A stretch of DNA of 55,323 nucleotides from Actinomycetota bacterium (GTDB lineage: Bacteria; Actinomycetota; Actinomycetes; JAKEEW01): the NCBI GenBank assembly GCA_046725875.1, contig JBKOZJ010000080.1, forward strand, positions 1 through 55,323. The letters are read 5' to 3'. This document shows, one piece after another, positions 20,726 to 32,553 of the stretch. Below the pieces are notes generated by a model. The model searched no databases. It was not told where the DNA came from and saw only the letters and a program-made list of their open reading frames with translations. The translations under genes were made by a program, and so were the position numbers. Positions within the stretch are counted from its first letter, which is position 1. Each line of letters opens with the position of its first letter.

Positions 20726-20941
20726 CCGCCACCAATCGGCGGCCGCGGCCGTTGACTTCGTGCCTGCCGTCCCTTCCGCCGGGTAGCGCCGCTTTACGGC
20801 CCGTACCGGGCCGGAGAACGGAAAATCCAGGCACTGCCGGACCCGTACTGGCTTAAATCGCGCCCTGGCGGCCGGCATACGCGCCCTCGGGGCACAGACG
20901 CGTGTCCTGGTGTCCTGGGGGGCGTAGGCGACACTTGGTGG

Positions 20942-22354
20942 GTGTCCCCGTCCGCGCTGCCTGAGGGCGAGCCTGTCCCGTTGGACGGCTCACTGCCAGA
21001 GCGCGCGTTGTACGGGATAGGCGAGGAGCCGTTCGGCTTCTATGTTCACGTGCCGTACTGCGCTACAAGATGCGGCTACTGCGACTTCAACACATACACG
21101 GCAGATGAGCTCGGACCAGGTGTCCGGCGCGAGACTTACCCCGAGACAGTGATCGGTGAACTACAACTGGCCGGCCGGGTCCTGGCCGGATATCCGAGGC
21201 AGTTCGGCCGCCCAGTCGACGCTCCTTCGGCAGGCCGCAGGAACCTTCGGTTCGGCGCTTCCTCCCACGGTCGGGTGGACCTCCAGTTTGCCGCCCCGGG
21301 CGAAGGTCAGCGGGATCATCCAGCCGGTGCTCTTTCCGCAGGTCGACGCGGGGTCGGGATGGGGGTACCCGTTGGCACGGTTCCTCAGGTGCAAACGGTG
21401 TTCTTCGGCGGCGGCACGCCCACCCTGCTGCCGGTCGCCGACTTGGCCCGCATCCTCGCCGCGATCGACGCTGAGTTCGGGCTGTCAGCGGACGCCGAGG
21501 TGACGACCGAGGCCAACCCCGAGTCGGTCGACCCGCGCTACCTCGACAGCCTGCGAGCCGCCGGGTTCACCCGCCTCTCGCTCGGCATGCAAAGCGCCGC
21601 GACACATGTGCTTCGGGTGCTCGATCGGCAGCACACTCCGGGCCGCGCGGAGCAGGCTGTGAGGTGGGCCGAGCAGGCCGGTTTCGACCATGTCAATCTT
21701 GATTTGATCTATGGCGCGCCTGGCGAGACCGACGACGACTGGCGGGCATCGCTGGCGGCCGCGATCGAAGCTGCACCCGACCACGTGTCCGCATACTCGC
21801 TCATCGTCGAGCCCGGTACCAGGCTCGCGGTGCGAATCGGGCGCGGCGAGTTGCCGATGCCCGACGACGACACGCTCGCCGATCGGTACATGATCGCGGA
21901 CGAGATGCTGGCCGCGGCCGGCTTTCGGTGGTACGAGGTGTCCAACTGGGCGCGGTCTGCCACCGCTCGTTGCCGGCACAACCTTCTGTACTGGACGGGC
22001 GGCAACTGGTGGGGCGCCGGGCCCGGTGCGCATTCCCATATCGGGGGGGTGCGGTGGTGGAATGTGAAGCATCCCGCTGCGTACACATCTCGGCTGGCCG
22101 CGGGGCACAGTCCCGCTCACGCGGGTGAGGTGCTGAGCGACTCCGACCGGCTGGTCGAGCGCGTAATGCTTGGAGTACGGCTGGCCGTCGGCCATCCGCT
22201 CCACGACCTACCGGAGGGCGGCCAGGAGGCCGCCGAGCAGGCAGTCGCGGATGGACTCGCTGAGCCCGTCGCCTACCACCGCGGCCGGCTCGTCCTCACC
22301 AGTCAGGGACGCCTCCTTGCCGACCTCGTGGTGCGCCGGGTTTTCACTGGTTAA
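20942..22354 (+). CDS. hemW: radical SAM heme chaperone HemW with ~55-60-aa insertion
   Basis: YVHVPYCATRCGYCDFN (CxxxCxxC), FFGGGTPT, YEVSNW, HNLLYW; located in the lepA-hrcA neighbourhood. Confidence 0.93.
   Translation: MSPSALPEGEPVPLDGSLPERALYGIGEEPFGFYVHVPYCATRCGYCDFNTYTADELGPGVRRETYPETVIGELQLAGRVLAGYPRQFGRPVDAPSAGRRNLRFGASSHGRVDLQFAAPGEGQRDHPAGALSAGRRGVGMGVPVGTVPQVQTVFFGGGTPTLLPVADLARILAAIDAEFGLSADAEVTTEANPESVDPRYLDSLRAAGFTRLSLGMQSAATHVLRVLDRQHTPGRAEQAVRWAEQAGFDHVNLDLIYGAPGETDDDWRASLAAAIEAAPDHVSAYSLIVEPGTRLAVRIGRGELPMPDDDTLADRYMIADEMLAAAGFRWYEVSNWARSATARCRHNLLYWTGGNWWGAGPGAHSHIGGVRWWNVKHPAAYTSRLAAGHSPAHAGEVLSDSDRLVERVMLGVRLAVGHPLHDLPEGGQEAAEQAVADGLAEPVAYHRGRLVLTSQGRLLADLVVRRVFTG
21218..21361 (+). 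repeat. four degenerate 36-bp tandem units inside hemW
   Basis: DAPSAGRRNLRF / GASSHGRVDLQF / AAPGEGQRDHPA / GALSAGRRGVGM; Ala2 and Gly6 are invariant. Confidence 0.7.
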
Positions 22355-22419
22355 TGATTTAGTCGCCCATTGGAAGCCGTGAGACGACGATCCATCCGTG
22401 GGGCAAGCACGCCCGAGAC

Positions 22420-22983
22420 TTAGCGGACCAACCGCAGCGTCAGCGGATACCGGTACCAGTCGCCGCGATTCGCCGCGACCGCGGCCACAATCGTCAGAAC
22501 GAACCAGGCGACGCCGATGACCGGCAGCAGCGCGAACCCGACGACGATGAAGACCAGTAGGCCGGCGACGAGTAGGGCGAGGAACATCGTGATGTTGAAG
22601 TTCAGCGCCTCGGTCGAGTGATGCCGCACATACCTGGACCTATTGCCGAAGACCAGGAAGACCACGAGCGGACCGATCACCGGGATACCGACGAAGCCGA
22701 GATAGGCCGACAAGTGTGCGAGGGTCGCCCAGAGCCGCTCGTCGTCGGGCCGCATCGGTTGCGGGCTCGGCGGACTGTACTGGCCGGCCGGTCCACCCCC
22801 GGTCCCCGGTGGCGGTCCCGGCGCCGGCTGGTACGAGCCTGGTGACTCCGGAGGAGACTCCTCCCCCATCTCCGCCGGCCCGGCGTCGGCTGCTGGGCCG
22901 CGAGTCTGGTCAGACGCTGGTGGCTTCGGCCCGGGCCGGGGGTCGCCGTCACCGATGCTGCGTTCAGGCTGCTCGTCGGTCAC
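22420..22983 (-). CDS. DUF4870 (Tic20-like) membrane protein
   Basis: Pro-rich N-terminus, DERLWATLAHLS, VRHHSTEALNFNIT, YRYPLTLR. Start set at GTG 22983; the longer ORF overlaps hrcA antisense. Confidence 0.85.
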   Translation of the reverse strand: MTDEQPERSIGDGDPRPGPKPPASDQTRGPAADAGPAEMGEESPPESPGSYQPAPGPPPGTGGGPAGQYSPPSPQPMRPDDERLWATLAHLSAYLGFVGIPVIGPLVVFLVFGNRSRYVRHHSTEALNFNITMFLALLVAGLLVFIVVGFALLPVIGVAWFVLTIVAAVAANRGDWYRYPLTLRLVR

Positions 22984-23079
22984 AGGCCTACCTTGGCACG
23001 CTCTGGTCGACACCATGCGGATCGGTGCCGAGCTGTATCCAATTCGTGTAAATCGCCCGCGACCGCCCCGAGCCGTAGA

Positions 23080-23106
23080 CTGGCACTCACAGGGGGAGAG
23101 TGCTAG
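23080..23106 (+). promoter_or_regulatory. CIRCE element (HrcA operator)
   Basis: CTGGCACTC-N9-GAGTGCTAG versus consensus TTAGCACTC-N9-GAGTGCTAA. TAGACT -10 at 23076-23081; upstream of hrcA. Confidence 0.92.
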
Positions 23107-23181
23107 ACCACTCCCCTCTATTGCTCCGTTGTGCTTCCCTTGAGCGGGAATCGACGGCCGACCACGAGGCTGGAGGTGTGC

Positions 23182-24204
23182 ATGCTCGACGATCGCAAGC
23201 TGGCGGTCCTGCGCGCCATCGTCCAGGACTACGTGTCGAGCGAGGAGCCCGTCGGCTCGAAAAACCTGACCGAGCGCCACGACCTCGGCGTATCTCCGGC
23301 AACGATCCGAAACGAGATGGCGGTGCTGGAGGACGAGGGCTACATAACCCAGCCGCACCCGAGCGCCGGCCGGATCCCCACGGACAAGGGTTACCGGCTC
23401 TTCGTCGACAAGCTGTCCGCGATCAAGCCGCTGAGCATGGCGGAGCGGCGGGCAATCCAGCAGTTTCTGGACGGTGCGGTCGACCTCGACGATGTGATCC
23501 ACCGTACGGTGCGGCTGCTCGCCCAGCTGACCAGGCAGGTCGCGGTCGTGCAGTATCCATCGCTCACGCGGGTCACGGTGCGGCACATTGAGCTGCTCCC
23601 AGTCACCCCCAGCCGCGTTCTGATCGTCCTGATCACGAGCACGGGCCGGGTGGAACAGCGAGTCGTCGACTGTGGGGTGCCGGTCGACGAGGAGTCCGTC
23701 GCCGACCTGCGGGCCCGCCTCAACGCCAGCGTGACCGGGGTGCGCAGCTCGGAGCTGGCGATCTCACTGCAGGACCTGCCCGACTCGTTCCGCGCTGCGG
23801 ACCAGTCGCTGGTCCAACCGGTCATCTCTGCGGTCCTCGAGACGGTGGCCGACCAGCACGAGGAGCGGGTAATCCTCGGTGGTACCGCGAATCTCGTCCG
23901 GTTCGTGCAGGACTTCCACGGCTCGATCCGGCCGGTGCTCGAGGCACTCGAGGAGCAGGTTGTCTTGATGCACCTGCTGGGCGAGGCGGCCAGCGGATCC
24001 CCGCCGGTGACGGTGCGGATCGGGCATGAGAACCCGCACACCGGCCTCGCGTCCACATCCGTGGTGTCCTCGACGTACTCGGTTGACGACGAGGCGGTCG
24101 CGCGACTTGGCGTGGTCGGGCCGACGAGGATGGACTACCCAGGCACTATGGGAGCTGTACGGGCAGTAGCCCGCTATGTCGGACGAATTCTGGCGGGCCA
24201 GTGA
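23182..24204 (+). CDS. hrcA: heat-inducible transcriptional repressor
   Basis: [53 protein letters not shown]. Confidence 0.97.
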   Translation: MLDDRKLAVLRAIVQDYVSSEEPVGSKNLTERHDLGVSPATIRNEMAVLEDEGYITQPHPSAGRIPTDKGYRLFVDKLSAIKPLSMAERRAIQQFLDGAVDLDDVIHRTVRLLAQLTRQVAVVQYPSLTRVTVRHIELLPVTPSRVLIVLITSTGRVEQRVVDCGVPVDEESVADLRARLNASVTGVRSSELAISLQDLPDSFRAADQSLVQPVISAVLETVADQHEERVILGGTANLVRFVQDFHGSIRPVLEALEEQVVLMHLLGEAASGSPPVTVRIGHENPHTGLASTSVVSSTYSVDDEAVARLGVVGPTRMDYPGTMGAVRAVARYVGRILAGQ

Positions 24205-24246
24205 TGTGGGCGCAGGGGCGAGTAAGGCCGAAGGGGTGGCAGCTGG

Positions 24247-25362
24247 GTGAGTAGGGACTACTACGCGACTCTTGGCGTGTCCCGGAACGCCACCCAGGAG
24301 GACATCAAGAAGGCATACCGGAAGCTGGCTCGGCGGCTGCACCCGGACGTCAACCCGGACGCGGAGACCCAGGAGCGGTTCAAGGAGGTCACCGCCGCGT
24401 ACGAGGTGCTCTCTGACGAGAAGAAGCGCCAGATGTATGACCTGGGCAGCGACCCGCTCGCCTCCGGAGGCGGCTTCGGCGCCGGGTTCGGCTTCACCGA
24501 CATTATGGATGCCTTCTTCGGCGCCGCGACCACCCGCGGCCCACGGAGCCGCGTGCGGCGCGGGCAGGACGTGTTGATCCGGCTCGAGGTCGAGCTGGCC
24601 GAGGCCGCCTTTGGAACCACTCGCGAGATTCAGGTGGACACCGCGGTGGTCTGCTCGACCTGCGGCGGCGCCGGTACGGCCCTGGGCACGCACCCGGTCA
24701 CCTGCGAGACGTGCGGCGGACGCGGCGAGATCAGCCAGGTGCAGCGGTCCTTCCTTGGTCAGGTGATGACATCCCGGCCGTGCCCCGTCTGCCAGGGCTA
24801 CGGGACCGTCATTCCGCACCCGTGCGTCGAATGCGCCGGGGACGGCCGGGTGCGCGTCCGCCGGACCCTCAAGGTCAAGATCCCGGCCGGGGTGGACACC
24901 GGCACCCGCATCCAGCTCGCTGGCGAGTCCGAGGTCGGGCCCGGTGGCGGGCCCGCGGGTGACCTGTATGTGGAGATCGTCGAGCTTCCGCACCCGCTCT
25001 TCCAGCGGCAAGGCGACGACCTGCATTGCACCGTTACCGTCCCGATGACCGCAGCGGCGCTAGGCGCGTCCATCGAGCTCACCACCCTGGACAGCACCGA
25101 GACGCTCGACATCAGACCTGGCACGCAGTCCGGCCAGACCATCACCATGTACGCCCGAGGGGTTCCGCACCTGCACGGTGTCGGCCGTGGCGACCTCGTC
25201 ATTCACGTTGACGTCCAGACACCGGCCAAGCTTGACGAGCGCCAGGAGGAGCTGCTCCGGGAGCTTGCCCGGCTGCGCGGCGAGGAGCACCCGGCCGGCC
25301 AGTTCGCCCCCGGCCAGCACGGTCTGTTCTCCCGCCTCCGCGATGCCTTCAACGCTCGCTGA
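24247..25362 (+). CDS. dnaJ: molecular chaperone DnaJ
   Basis: J domain with HPD; four CxxCxGxG zinc-finger repeats. Confidence 0.97.
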   Translation: MSRDYYATLGVSRNATQEDIKKAYRKLARRLHPDVNPDAETQERFKEVTAAYEVLSDEKKRQMYDLGSDPLASGGGFGAGFGFTDIMDAFFGAATTRGPRSRVRRGQDVLIRLEVELAEAAFGTTREIQVDTAVVCSTCGGAGTALGTHPVTCETCGGRGEISQVQRSFLGQVMTSRPCPVCQGYGTVIPHPCVECAGDGRVRVRRTLKVKIPAGVDTGTRIQLAGESEVGPGGGPAGDLYVEIVELPHPLFQRQGDDLHCTVTVPMTAAALGASIELTTLDSTETLDIRPGTQSGQTITMYARGVPHLHGVGRGDLVIHVDVQTPAKLDERQEELLRELARLRGEEHPAGQFAPGQHGLFSRLRDAFNAR

Positions 25363-25410
25363 CACTTCGCGCTTCGTCAGCTTGATCGTCGAGCTGTCAG
25401 AGTCGGTGCT

Positions 25411-26148
25411 GTGACGGCGCCGATGTTCCTAGTCGACCGGGAGCGGCTGGATGACCGGCGCCGAGTGATGCTCGACGGCCCCGAAGGCCACCATGCGACG
25501 ACCGTCCGCCGGATCGGACCGGGCGAGACCGTCATGCTCAGCGACGGCGCCGGCCGGGTCGCCGTATGCACAGTCGCGGTCGCCGGTAAGGACCGGCTCG
25601 ATCTCGACGTTGTGGAGCTGCGGCAAGAGCCGAGACCGCAGCCGCGGTTCGTGGTCGTACAGGCGCTGCCCAAGTCCGACCGGGCGGAGCTTGCGGTCGA
25701 GACGATGACGGAGGTGGGGGTGGATGTCATCATCCCGTGGGCAGCGAGCCGCTGCATCGCCCAATGGCGCGGCGCGCGGGGCGCCAAGGCACTGTCGAAG
25801 TGGCGGTCGACCGCGCGAGCGGCCGCGAAGCAGGCGCGCCGCGCCTGGCTGCCCGAGATCACCGAGCTGGCTAGGACGCCGCAGGTGACCGAGCGGGTGG
25901 CCGGAGCCGCCGCTGCGGCAGTACTGGATGAGGCGGCGACGGTGCCGATCGGAGACCTGCCGCTCCCCGACACCGGCGACCTGGTGCTCGTCGTAGGTCC
26001 GGAGGGTGGGCTGTCCGCCGACGAAGTCTCGGCGTTCACCGGGGCCGGTGCCATCGGGTTGCGGCTCGGTCACACGGTGCTCCGCACCTCAACGGCCGGC
26101 GCGATCGCGGCTGCCGCCCTGCTGGCCCGCACTCCACGCTGGCGCTGA
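25411..26148 (+). CDS. rsmE: 16S rRNA m3U1498 methyltransferase
   Basis: EGHHATTVRR, VETMTEVGVD, VGPEGG, LRTSTAG; follows dnaJ. Confidence 0.95.
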   Translation: MTAPMFLVDRERLDDRRRVMLDGPEGHHATTVRRIGPGETVMLSDGAGRVAVCTVAVAGKDRLDLDVVELRQEPRPQPRFVVVQALPKSDRAELAVETMTEVGVDVIIPWAASRCIAQWRGARGAKALSKWRSTARAAAKQARRAWLPEITELARTPQVTERVAGAAAAAVLDEAATVPIGDLPLPDTGDLVLVVGPEGGLSADEVSAFTGAGAIGLRLGHTVLRTSTAGAIAAAALLARTPRWR

Positions 26149-26152
26149 CCCG

Positions 26153-27187
26153 CTAGGTCACGCGAATCGCCTTCGTGTCGAGGCCCTGCACGGATCCGTC
26201 CTCGGCGGACCGGTGGAAGAAGCGCAGGACGTACCGCCCGGGATTCAGGGTCAGCCGCACCGACCAGTCGCCACGGGTTCCAGTGGCGGCCGACGCCTGA
26301 ACGGTTCCATCCTGGACAGCCTTGCCGCCGGGATCGGTCACCTCATAGAAGATGGTCCGCTCGAGGACGTCGGCGGTTCCCTCGACCGTGCAGGTCCGGT
26401 CGACTGTGCCGCCTTCAACCGGTGCGTTGATCCAGACCTGGGCGAGCGCGTCTTCCGGCGGCGCCGGGCTGACCGGCTGGCGGCCAATTGGATGCCCCCA
26501 CAGCTGCGTGAGCTGCCGGCCCTCGACCTGGATCAGCACCCGGCGCACGGACGGGTCGGCGGCGATCGCGGTGTATACCAGCTGCTGTACGGCCATTCGG
26601 CTTACCAGCTCGGACGTACTTCCAGCCGTGGCGGTCCGGGCGAGGTTGACCGTCACAGTGTCGGCGCTCTTCGCAGTAGCCAGCACAGTGCTGCCGGCCG
26701 GCCACGGGTTGCCGTAGTCCGGGTCGAGGGGGCGCAGTCGGAAAAGCGCCGACACCGCGGCGAGCACCGGCCTGCGATCGATCACCTCGATGTTGCGAAA
26801 CTCACGGAAGAGCCGGGCGTCGCTGTCGGCCCCGCCGCGTAGGTAGTACAGGGCAAGCACACGCACCTCGCGCAGCTCGCGCTCGGAGGTGGGGGTGGCA
26901 TTGGGTGTCGTCCGCGGCTCGGTGGTTGCCGCTGGTGTGGACGCTGGCGACCGCGACGGCGCCGGCGACGGAGACAAGCTGGCTGTGGAGGAGACGGTCG
27001 GTGCCATGGCCTGGCCGGTTCGCTGGCTGTCGCCGTGCCCATCCCGCCCGAGCAGCCCCAGGGCGAGGCCGAGCAGCAGCCCGGCGGCGACGGCCGAGAC
27101 CACAACGATCCACACTGACGGCGCGCCGCCTCCGCCATCGCCGCGCGGCGGCTTTGGCTGGGAGGAGTGCGAGTTCGGCGTCGCCAT
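26153..27187 (-). CDS. membrane-anchored GerMN + Gmad2 Ig-like domain protein
   Basis: TM helix, S/T/P-rich linker, AVQQLVYT...VLIQVEG (GerMN), VEGTADVLE...RGDWS (Gmad2-like). Confidence 0.78.
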   Translation of the reverse strand: MATPNSHSSQPKPPRGDGGGGAPSVWIVVVSAVAAGLLLGLALGLLGRDGHGDSQRTGQAMAPTVSSTASLSPSPAPSRSPASTPAATTEPRTTPNATPTSERELREVRVLALYYLRGGADSDARLFREFRNIEVIDRRPVLAAVSALFRLRPLDPDYGNPWPAGSTVLATAKSADTVTVNLARTATAGSTSELVSRMAVQQLVYTAIAADPSVRRVLIQVEGRQLTQLWGHPIGRQPVSPAPPEDALAQVWINAPVEGGTVDRTCTVEGTADVLERTIFYEVTDPGGKAVQDGTVQASAATGTRGDWSVRLTLNPGRYVLRFFHRSAEDGSVQGLDTKAIRVT

Positions 27188-27462
27188 CAATGGTCTCCGC
27201 TCCCACGTCTCAATAGGCCACAGAGGTTGTTGCCGGCTGTAACCATGGAGACGCCGGCCGCACCCGCCCTTGTTCACTGGATGCATCCGTACAGGCGCCC
27301 GAAATGCCCGGGCGGCGTGTTCGCGCTAGTGTGTCGGACCGGCGTTGGGTTGCCGACACGGACCGGAGACGAGCTGATCGGGCGGTCCTCGCGGGGTGTT
27401 GGGCGAAGCGATGAGGCTCGTGGGGTGCTAGCGCGGCCGCCGCTGAATTTGAGGAGTGAGTC

Positions 27463-27807
27463 ATGGTCGACTGTCTCTTCTGCAAGATCGTATCCGGGGA
27501 CGTACCGGCCACCATCGTTCGGGACGATTCCCGGACACTTGCCTTCCGCGACCTCAACCCGCAAGCTCCGACACACGTGCTCGTGATCCCCAAGCAGCAC
27601 CATGCCACCTTCGCCGACATGGCTGCAGCGGACGCTGACCTGGCCGCGGAGGTGCTCCTGACGGCGGCTGGCGTCGCGGCCGACGAGGGAATCGCCGAAA
27701 GCGGCTATCGGGTGGTGTTCAACACCGGGGCGGGCGCCGGGCAGACCGTTTTCCACGTACACGCTCACGTCCTCGGAGGGAGAGGGATGGCATGGCCTCC
27801 GGGTTGA
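27463..27807 (+). CDS. histidine triad nucleotide-binding protein (HinT-like)
   Basis: DCLFCKI, FRDLNPQAPTHVLVIP, GQTVFHVHAHVLGG. GAGGAG RBS. Confidence 0.95.
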   Translation: MVDCLFCKIVSGDVPATIVRDDSRTLAFRDLNPQAPTHVLVIPKQHHATFADMAAADADLAAEVLLTAAGVAADEGIAESGYRVVFNTGAGAGQTVFHVHAHVLGGRGMAWPPG

Positions 27808-29299
27808 CATCGGACCTGTCGGACGTACTTGCCCGAAAGTTGCGTAAGAAGGTTGCCGACTGCCAGGTCCAGTGGCGCGCGCCGTCCCTTGCGGCCTTGG
27901 TTGTACGAGACGGAGCGCCGGTGCATTTCAGCGGCGTCGGGGCAGTATCCGTGGGCACCGACGACCGGTCGGGGAATAGCTCACCGAGCAATGCTCCGGC
28001 GGATGGCGCCTCCACTGGCAATGTCCCGACCCAGGACACGCAATACCGCATCGGCTCCATTACCAAGACCTTCACGGCGACCCTGGTAATGCAGTGCCGC
28101 GACGACGGTCTCCTGTCCTTGGACGACGAGCTCGGGAAATATCTCCCGGACACCAAGCACGGCGGGCTGTCGATCCGGCGGATGCTCTGCCACTTGTCCG
28201 GGCTGCAGCGCGAGCCCCATGGCGACATTTGGGAGACGGGGGTCGGGCCCGACCTGCCGACGTTACTGTCCGGCCTCGAGGAGACAGAGGCGGTTTTGCC
28301 GCCGGGCCGGAGATTCCATTACTCGAATCTTGCTTGCTCGCTGCTCGGCGAGGTCGTGGCACGGCTGCGCTGTGCCTCTTGGTCGGAAGCGCTGCGGCAG
28401 CGCATCCTGGAGCCGCTCGGGCTGAACCGGACCGGCGTCGAACCGGCGCCGCCCCGGGCGCAGGGCTATCTCGTCGACCCGTACGCGGACCGGGTTCACC
28501 CAGAGCCGCTCTTCCCTGGCTGTGCGTTCGCCCGGCGGCCAGCGGCCGGTGGTGCCCGCGGTCGAACCGTCGCCCGACCCGGAGCCGGAGCAGACCGGCG
28601 ACGGGCCGGCCGGCCGGATGCCACCCGGCGGGTGAGCTGTGGAGCACGGCAAGTGACCTCGGCCGGTGGGCGGCGTTCCTCGCGGACCCGGTCCCTGAGG
28701 TGCTGTCCTTGGACACGCTCGACGAGATGTGCCACCCGCAGGTGATGTACGACCTCGACGGCTGGTTGCTTGCCTTCGGGTTGGGGCTGATGCTCCATCG
28801 GCGCGGGGAACGTGTGCTCGTCGGCCACGACGGGGCGATGCCGGGCTTTCTCGCCGGCCTCGCCGTCCGCCGACCGGAGCGGGTCGGCACGGTCGTCTTC
28901 GCGAGCACCTCGGCGGGTGCCTATCCGGGAGACCTGGCAGTAGAGCTCACCATCGATGTCGTGGATGGCGACCCGGCGCCGCCCGAGCCGTGGCAGGTCG
29001 GGCCGCCGGTGCCGGCGCAGTACGAGCCGCTGCTGGGGCGGTGGTGGTCGGAGGGCAGCGAGTTCGTCTTCGCCGTCGTCGCTGGCAAGCTGACTGCACG
29101 CCGCACCGACCTGCCGCCCGAGAAGCCGCCGTCGGTCTTCGAGCCGGTCGACGTGGATCTCTACCGGACGGTTTCCGGCCGGGAGCACGGCGAGCTGCTG
29201 CGGGTGGTCCGAGACGAGAACGGAGCGGTCACCAAGATGTACTGGGCGACCTATCCATTCACCCGGATGCCGACCACCTTCGGCCCGCGCGAGGACTGA
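27804..29299 (+). pseudogene. serine hydrolase (beta-lactamase family) disrupted by an insertion and frameshift
   Basis: First frame has SITK (SxxK) and YSN up to FPGCAFA. Second frame continues PAGELWSTASDL...GHDGAMPGF. The junction lies at 28531-28631. Confidence 0.8.
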
Positions 29300-29406
29300 T
29301 CGCGCAGCTCGTGCAGTCGCGCCGGCGAGGCGCCCCGCCCCGACTGGAGGTGTAAGGATCAAACGATCAGCGGTCGGCGGCCCGCGGCGGATACCATGGG
29401 ACCAGA

Positions 29407-30507
<1,101 letters not shown>

Positions 30508-30550
30508 CGCTGGCGGTGGAGCAGACCGCTCACGGAACGAGGTCGTCACG

Positions 30551-31066
30551 ATGAGTGTCGAGGTCGCCAACGAGTCCGGCGTCGCTGTTGACGACACCGC
30601 ATTGATCGGGCTGGCCCGCCATGTGCTCGCTGCGATGAAGATCCACCCGCAGGCAGAGCTGTCGATCCTGCTCGTCGATGAGACGGCGATGGAGGAGCTC
30701 CACATCAAGTGGATGGACGAGCCCGGGACCACCGACGTCCTTTCGTTCCCGATGGATGAGCTGCGGCCGCCACGCGGCGACGAGGACGGCGAGCCGGCGC
30801 CCGGACTCCTCGGTGACGTAGTCATTTGCCCGCAGGTCGCCAAGCGTCAGGCTGTTCAGGCTGGACACAGCATGGACGATGAGATGAACCTGCTGCTGAC
30901 CCATGGCATTCTCCACCTCCTCGGCTATGATCACGCCGAGCCGGACGAGGAACGTGAGATGTTCGGCCTGCAGGCGAAGCTGCTCGGATCCTGGTGGGAG
31001 GAGCGGTCCGCCCGCCCCGGTGCAACCGGCGCGCAGGCTGGACCGGCGGATGGTGGACTGCGATAG
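30551..31066 (+). CDS. ybeY: rRNA maturation RNase YbeY
   Basis: [19 protein letters not shown]. Confidence 0.96.
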   Translation: MSVEVANESGVAVDDTALIGLARHVLAAMKIHPQAELSILLVDETAMEELHIKWMDEPGTTDVLSFPMDELRPPRGDEDGEPAPGLLGDVVICPQVAKRQAVQAGHSMDDEMNLLLTHGILHLLGYDHAEPDEEREMFGLQAKLLGSWWEERSARPGATGAQAGPADGGLR

Positions 31067-31081
31067 CCGGCCGGTGGCGCC

Positions 31082-32365
31082 ATGACCACCGGCGATATTT
31101 GGACGATCGTGCTGGCGGTGCTCCTCATTGTGATCGCCGGCATCCTCGCGAGCGTCGAGGTGGCCTTCAACCGGGTCTCCCGGGTTCGGGCCGACGAGAT
31201 GGCCCGCGAGCAGCGCCGGGGCGCGGCAAGGCTTCAGGAAGTAGCCGAGGACCCGGCGCGCTATGTGAGCCTCGTGCTTCTGCTCCGGATCGCCTGCGAG
31301 CTCACTGCGGTGGTCCTCGTCACCGTGGCCAGCCTGCGTCGCTTCCCCGAAACGTGGCAGGCCGTGCTCTTCGCCGCTGGCGTGATGGTCGTCGTCTCGT
31401 ACGTCGTGGTGGGCGTCGCACCACAGACTCTTGGCCGCCAGCACGCGGATGAGATAGGCCTTGCCAGTGCGGTCGTGTTCCGTCCCCTGGTCCGCGTGTT
31501 CGGACCATTGCCCAAGCTGCTCATCCTGGTTGGCAATGCACTGACCCCCGGTCGTGGCTACCGGGAAGGGCCGTTCGGGTCCGAGGCTGAGCTTCGCGAG
31601 TTGGTCGACCTCGCCGAGGAGAGCCGGCTTATCGAGGCCGATGAGCGCCGCATGGTTCACTCGGTCTTCGAACTCGGCGACACGATCGCCCGCGAGGTGA
31701 TGGTGCCACGGACCGACATGGTCTTCATCGAGCGGACCAAGACCCTGCGGCAGGCGCTGTCGCTCGCACTGCGCAGCGGATTCTCCCGCATCCCGGTGGT
31801 GGGTGAGGGCGAGGACGACGTCGTCGGAATCGCGTACCTTAAGGACCTCGCGCGGCGTACGCATGAGTATCGCGCGGGGGAGTCAACCGAGCGGGTGGAG
31901 TCCATCATGCGGCCGGCCGTTTTCGTGCCGGACTCTAAGCCGGTCGATGATCTGCTGCGCGAGATGCAGGGCAAGCAGGTCCACATGGTTGTCGTGGTCG
32001 ACGAGTACGGCGGCACGGCGGGGATCGTCACCATCGAGGACATTCTCGAGGAGATCGTCGGTGAGATCGCCGACGAATACGATGTCGGGGCACCGGGGGT
32101 CGAGTGGCTATCCAACGGCTCGGCGCGGGTCACCGCGCGGCTGCCGGTCGAGGAGCTGGCCGACCTTTTCGGCGTGGAGCTCGACGACGAGGACGTAGAG
32201 ACGGTCGCAGGCCTGCTTGCCAAGCATCTCGGCCGGGTACCGATTCCCGGAGCCAACACCACTGTCGCGGGACTGAGGCTCACCGCGGAAAGCGCTGCCG
32301 GTCGGCGCAACCGGATCGGCACCGTGCTCGTTTCCCGGGCCGACCGCGAAGCCCGCTCAGCCTAG
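31082..32365 (+). CDS. hemolysin family protein (CNNM/DUF21 + CBS pair + CorC_HlyC)
   Basis: N-terminal TMs, AREVMVPRTDM, GFSRIPV, VDEYGGTAGIVTIEDILEEIVGEI. Confidence 0.93.
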   Translation: MTTGDIWTIVLAVLLIVIAGILASVEVAFNRVSRVRADEMAREQRRGAARLQEVAEDPARYVSLVLLLRIACELTAVVLVTVASLRRFPETWQAVLFAAGVMVVVSYVVVGVAPQTLGRQHADEIGLASAVVFRPLVRVFGPLPKLLILVGNALTPGRGYREGPFGSEAELRELVDLAEESRLIEADERRMVHSVFELGDTIAREVMVPRTDMVFIERTKTLRQALSLALRSGFSRIPVVGEGEDDVVGIAYLKDLARRTHEYRAGESTERVESIMRPAVFVPDSKPVDDLLREMQGKQVHMVVVVDEYGGTAGIVTIEDILEEIVGEIADEYDVGAPGVEWLSNGSARVTARLPVEELADLFGVELDDEDVETVAGLLAKHLGRVPIPGANTTVAGLRLTAESAAGRRNRIGTVLVSRADREARSA

Positions 32366-32413
32366 GCCGCCGCATCCCAGCCGCGCCGCAGGCCCCGGCC
32401 CGCCCCGTTTCGC

Positions 32414-32491
32414 ATGAACGGTCCGTTGGCTCGCTAGGTTCGCATCAATGGGCCGTTCATCCCTCGCCTTTCGGATACAACGGCACGTTGA
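32414..32491. repeat. REP/MITE-like inverted-repeat element, copy 1
   Basis: ATGAACGGTCCGTTG (32414-32428) pairs with CAATGGGCCGTTCAT (32446-32460); a third arm CAACGGCACGTTGA follows. First 29 nt match 50656-50684 at 24/29. Confidence 0.7.
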
Positions 32492-32553
32492 CTCGAACAC
32501 GGTCAGGTTCGCCATGGCGCGGCGGCCGGCGGTGCCTGGGTACGGTGGCGTCC

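Noticed and set aside
21188..21386. Intein or intron explanation for the hemW, dgt and lepA inserts
   Set aside because: Too short, no Cys/Ser...His-Asn splice termini, and no group I/II intron features seen.
22984..23586. Extended 388-aa version of the DUF4870 ORF
   Set aside because: The extension overlaps the CIRCE element and hrcA antisense; the GTG at 22983 is a better start.
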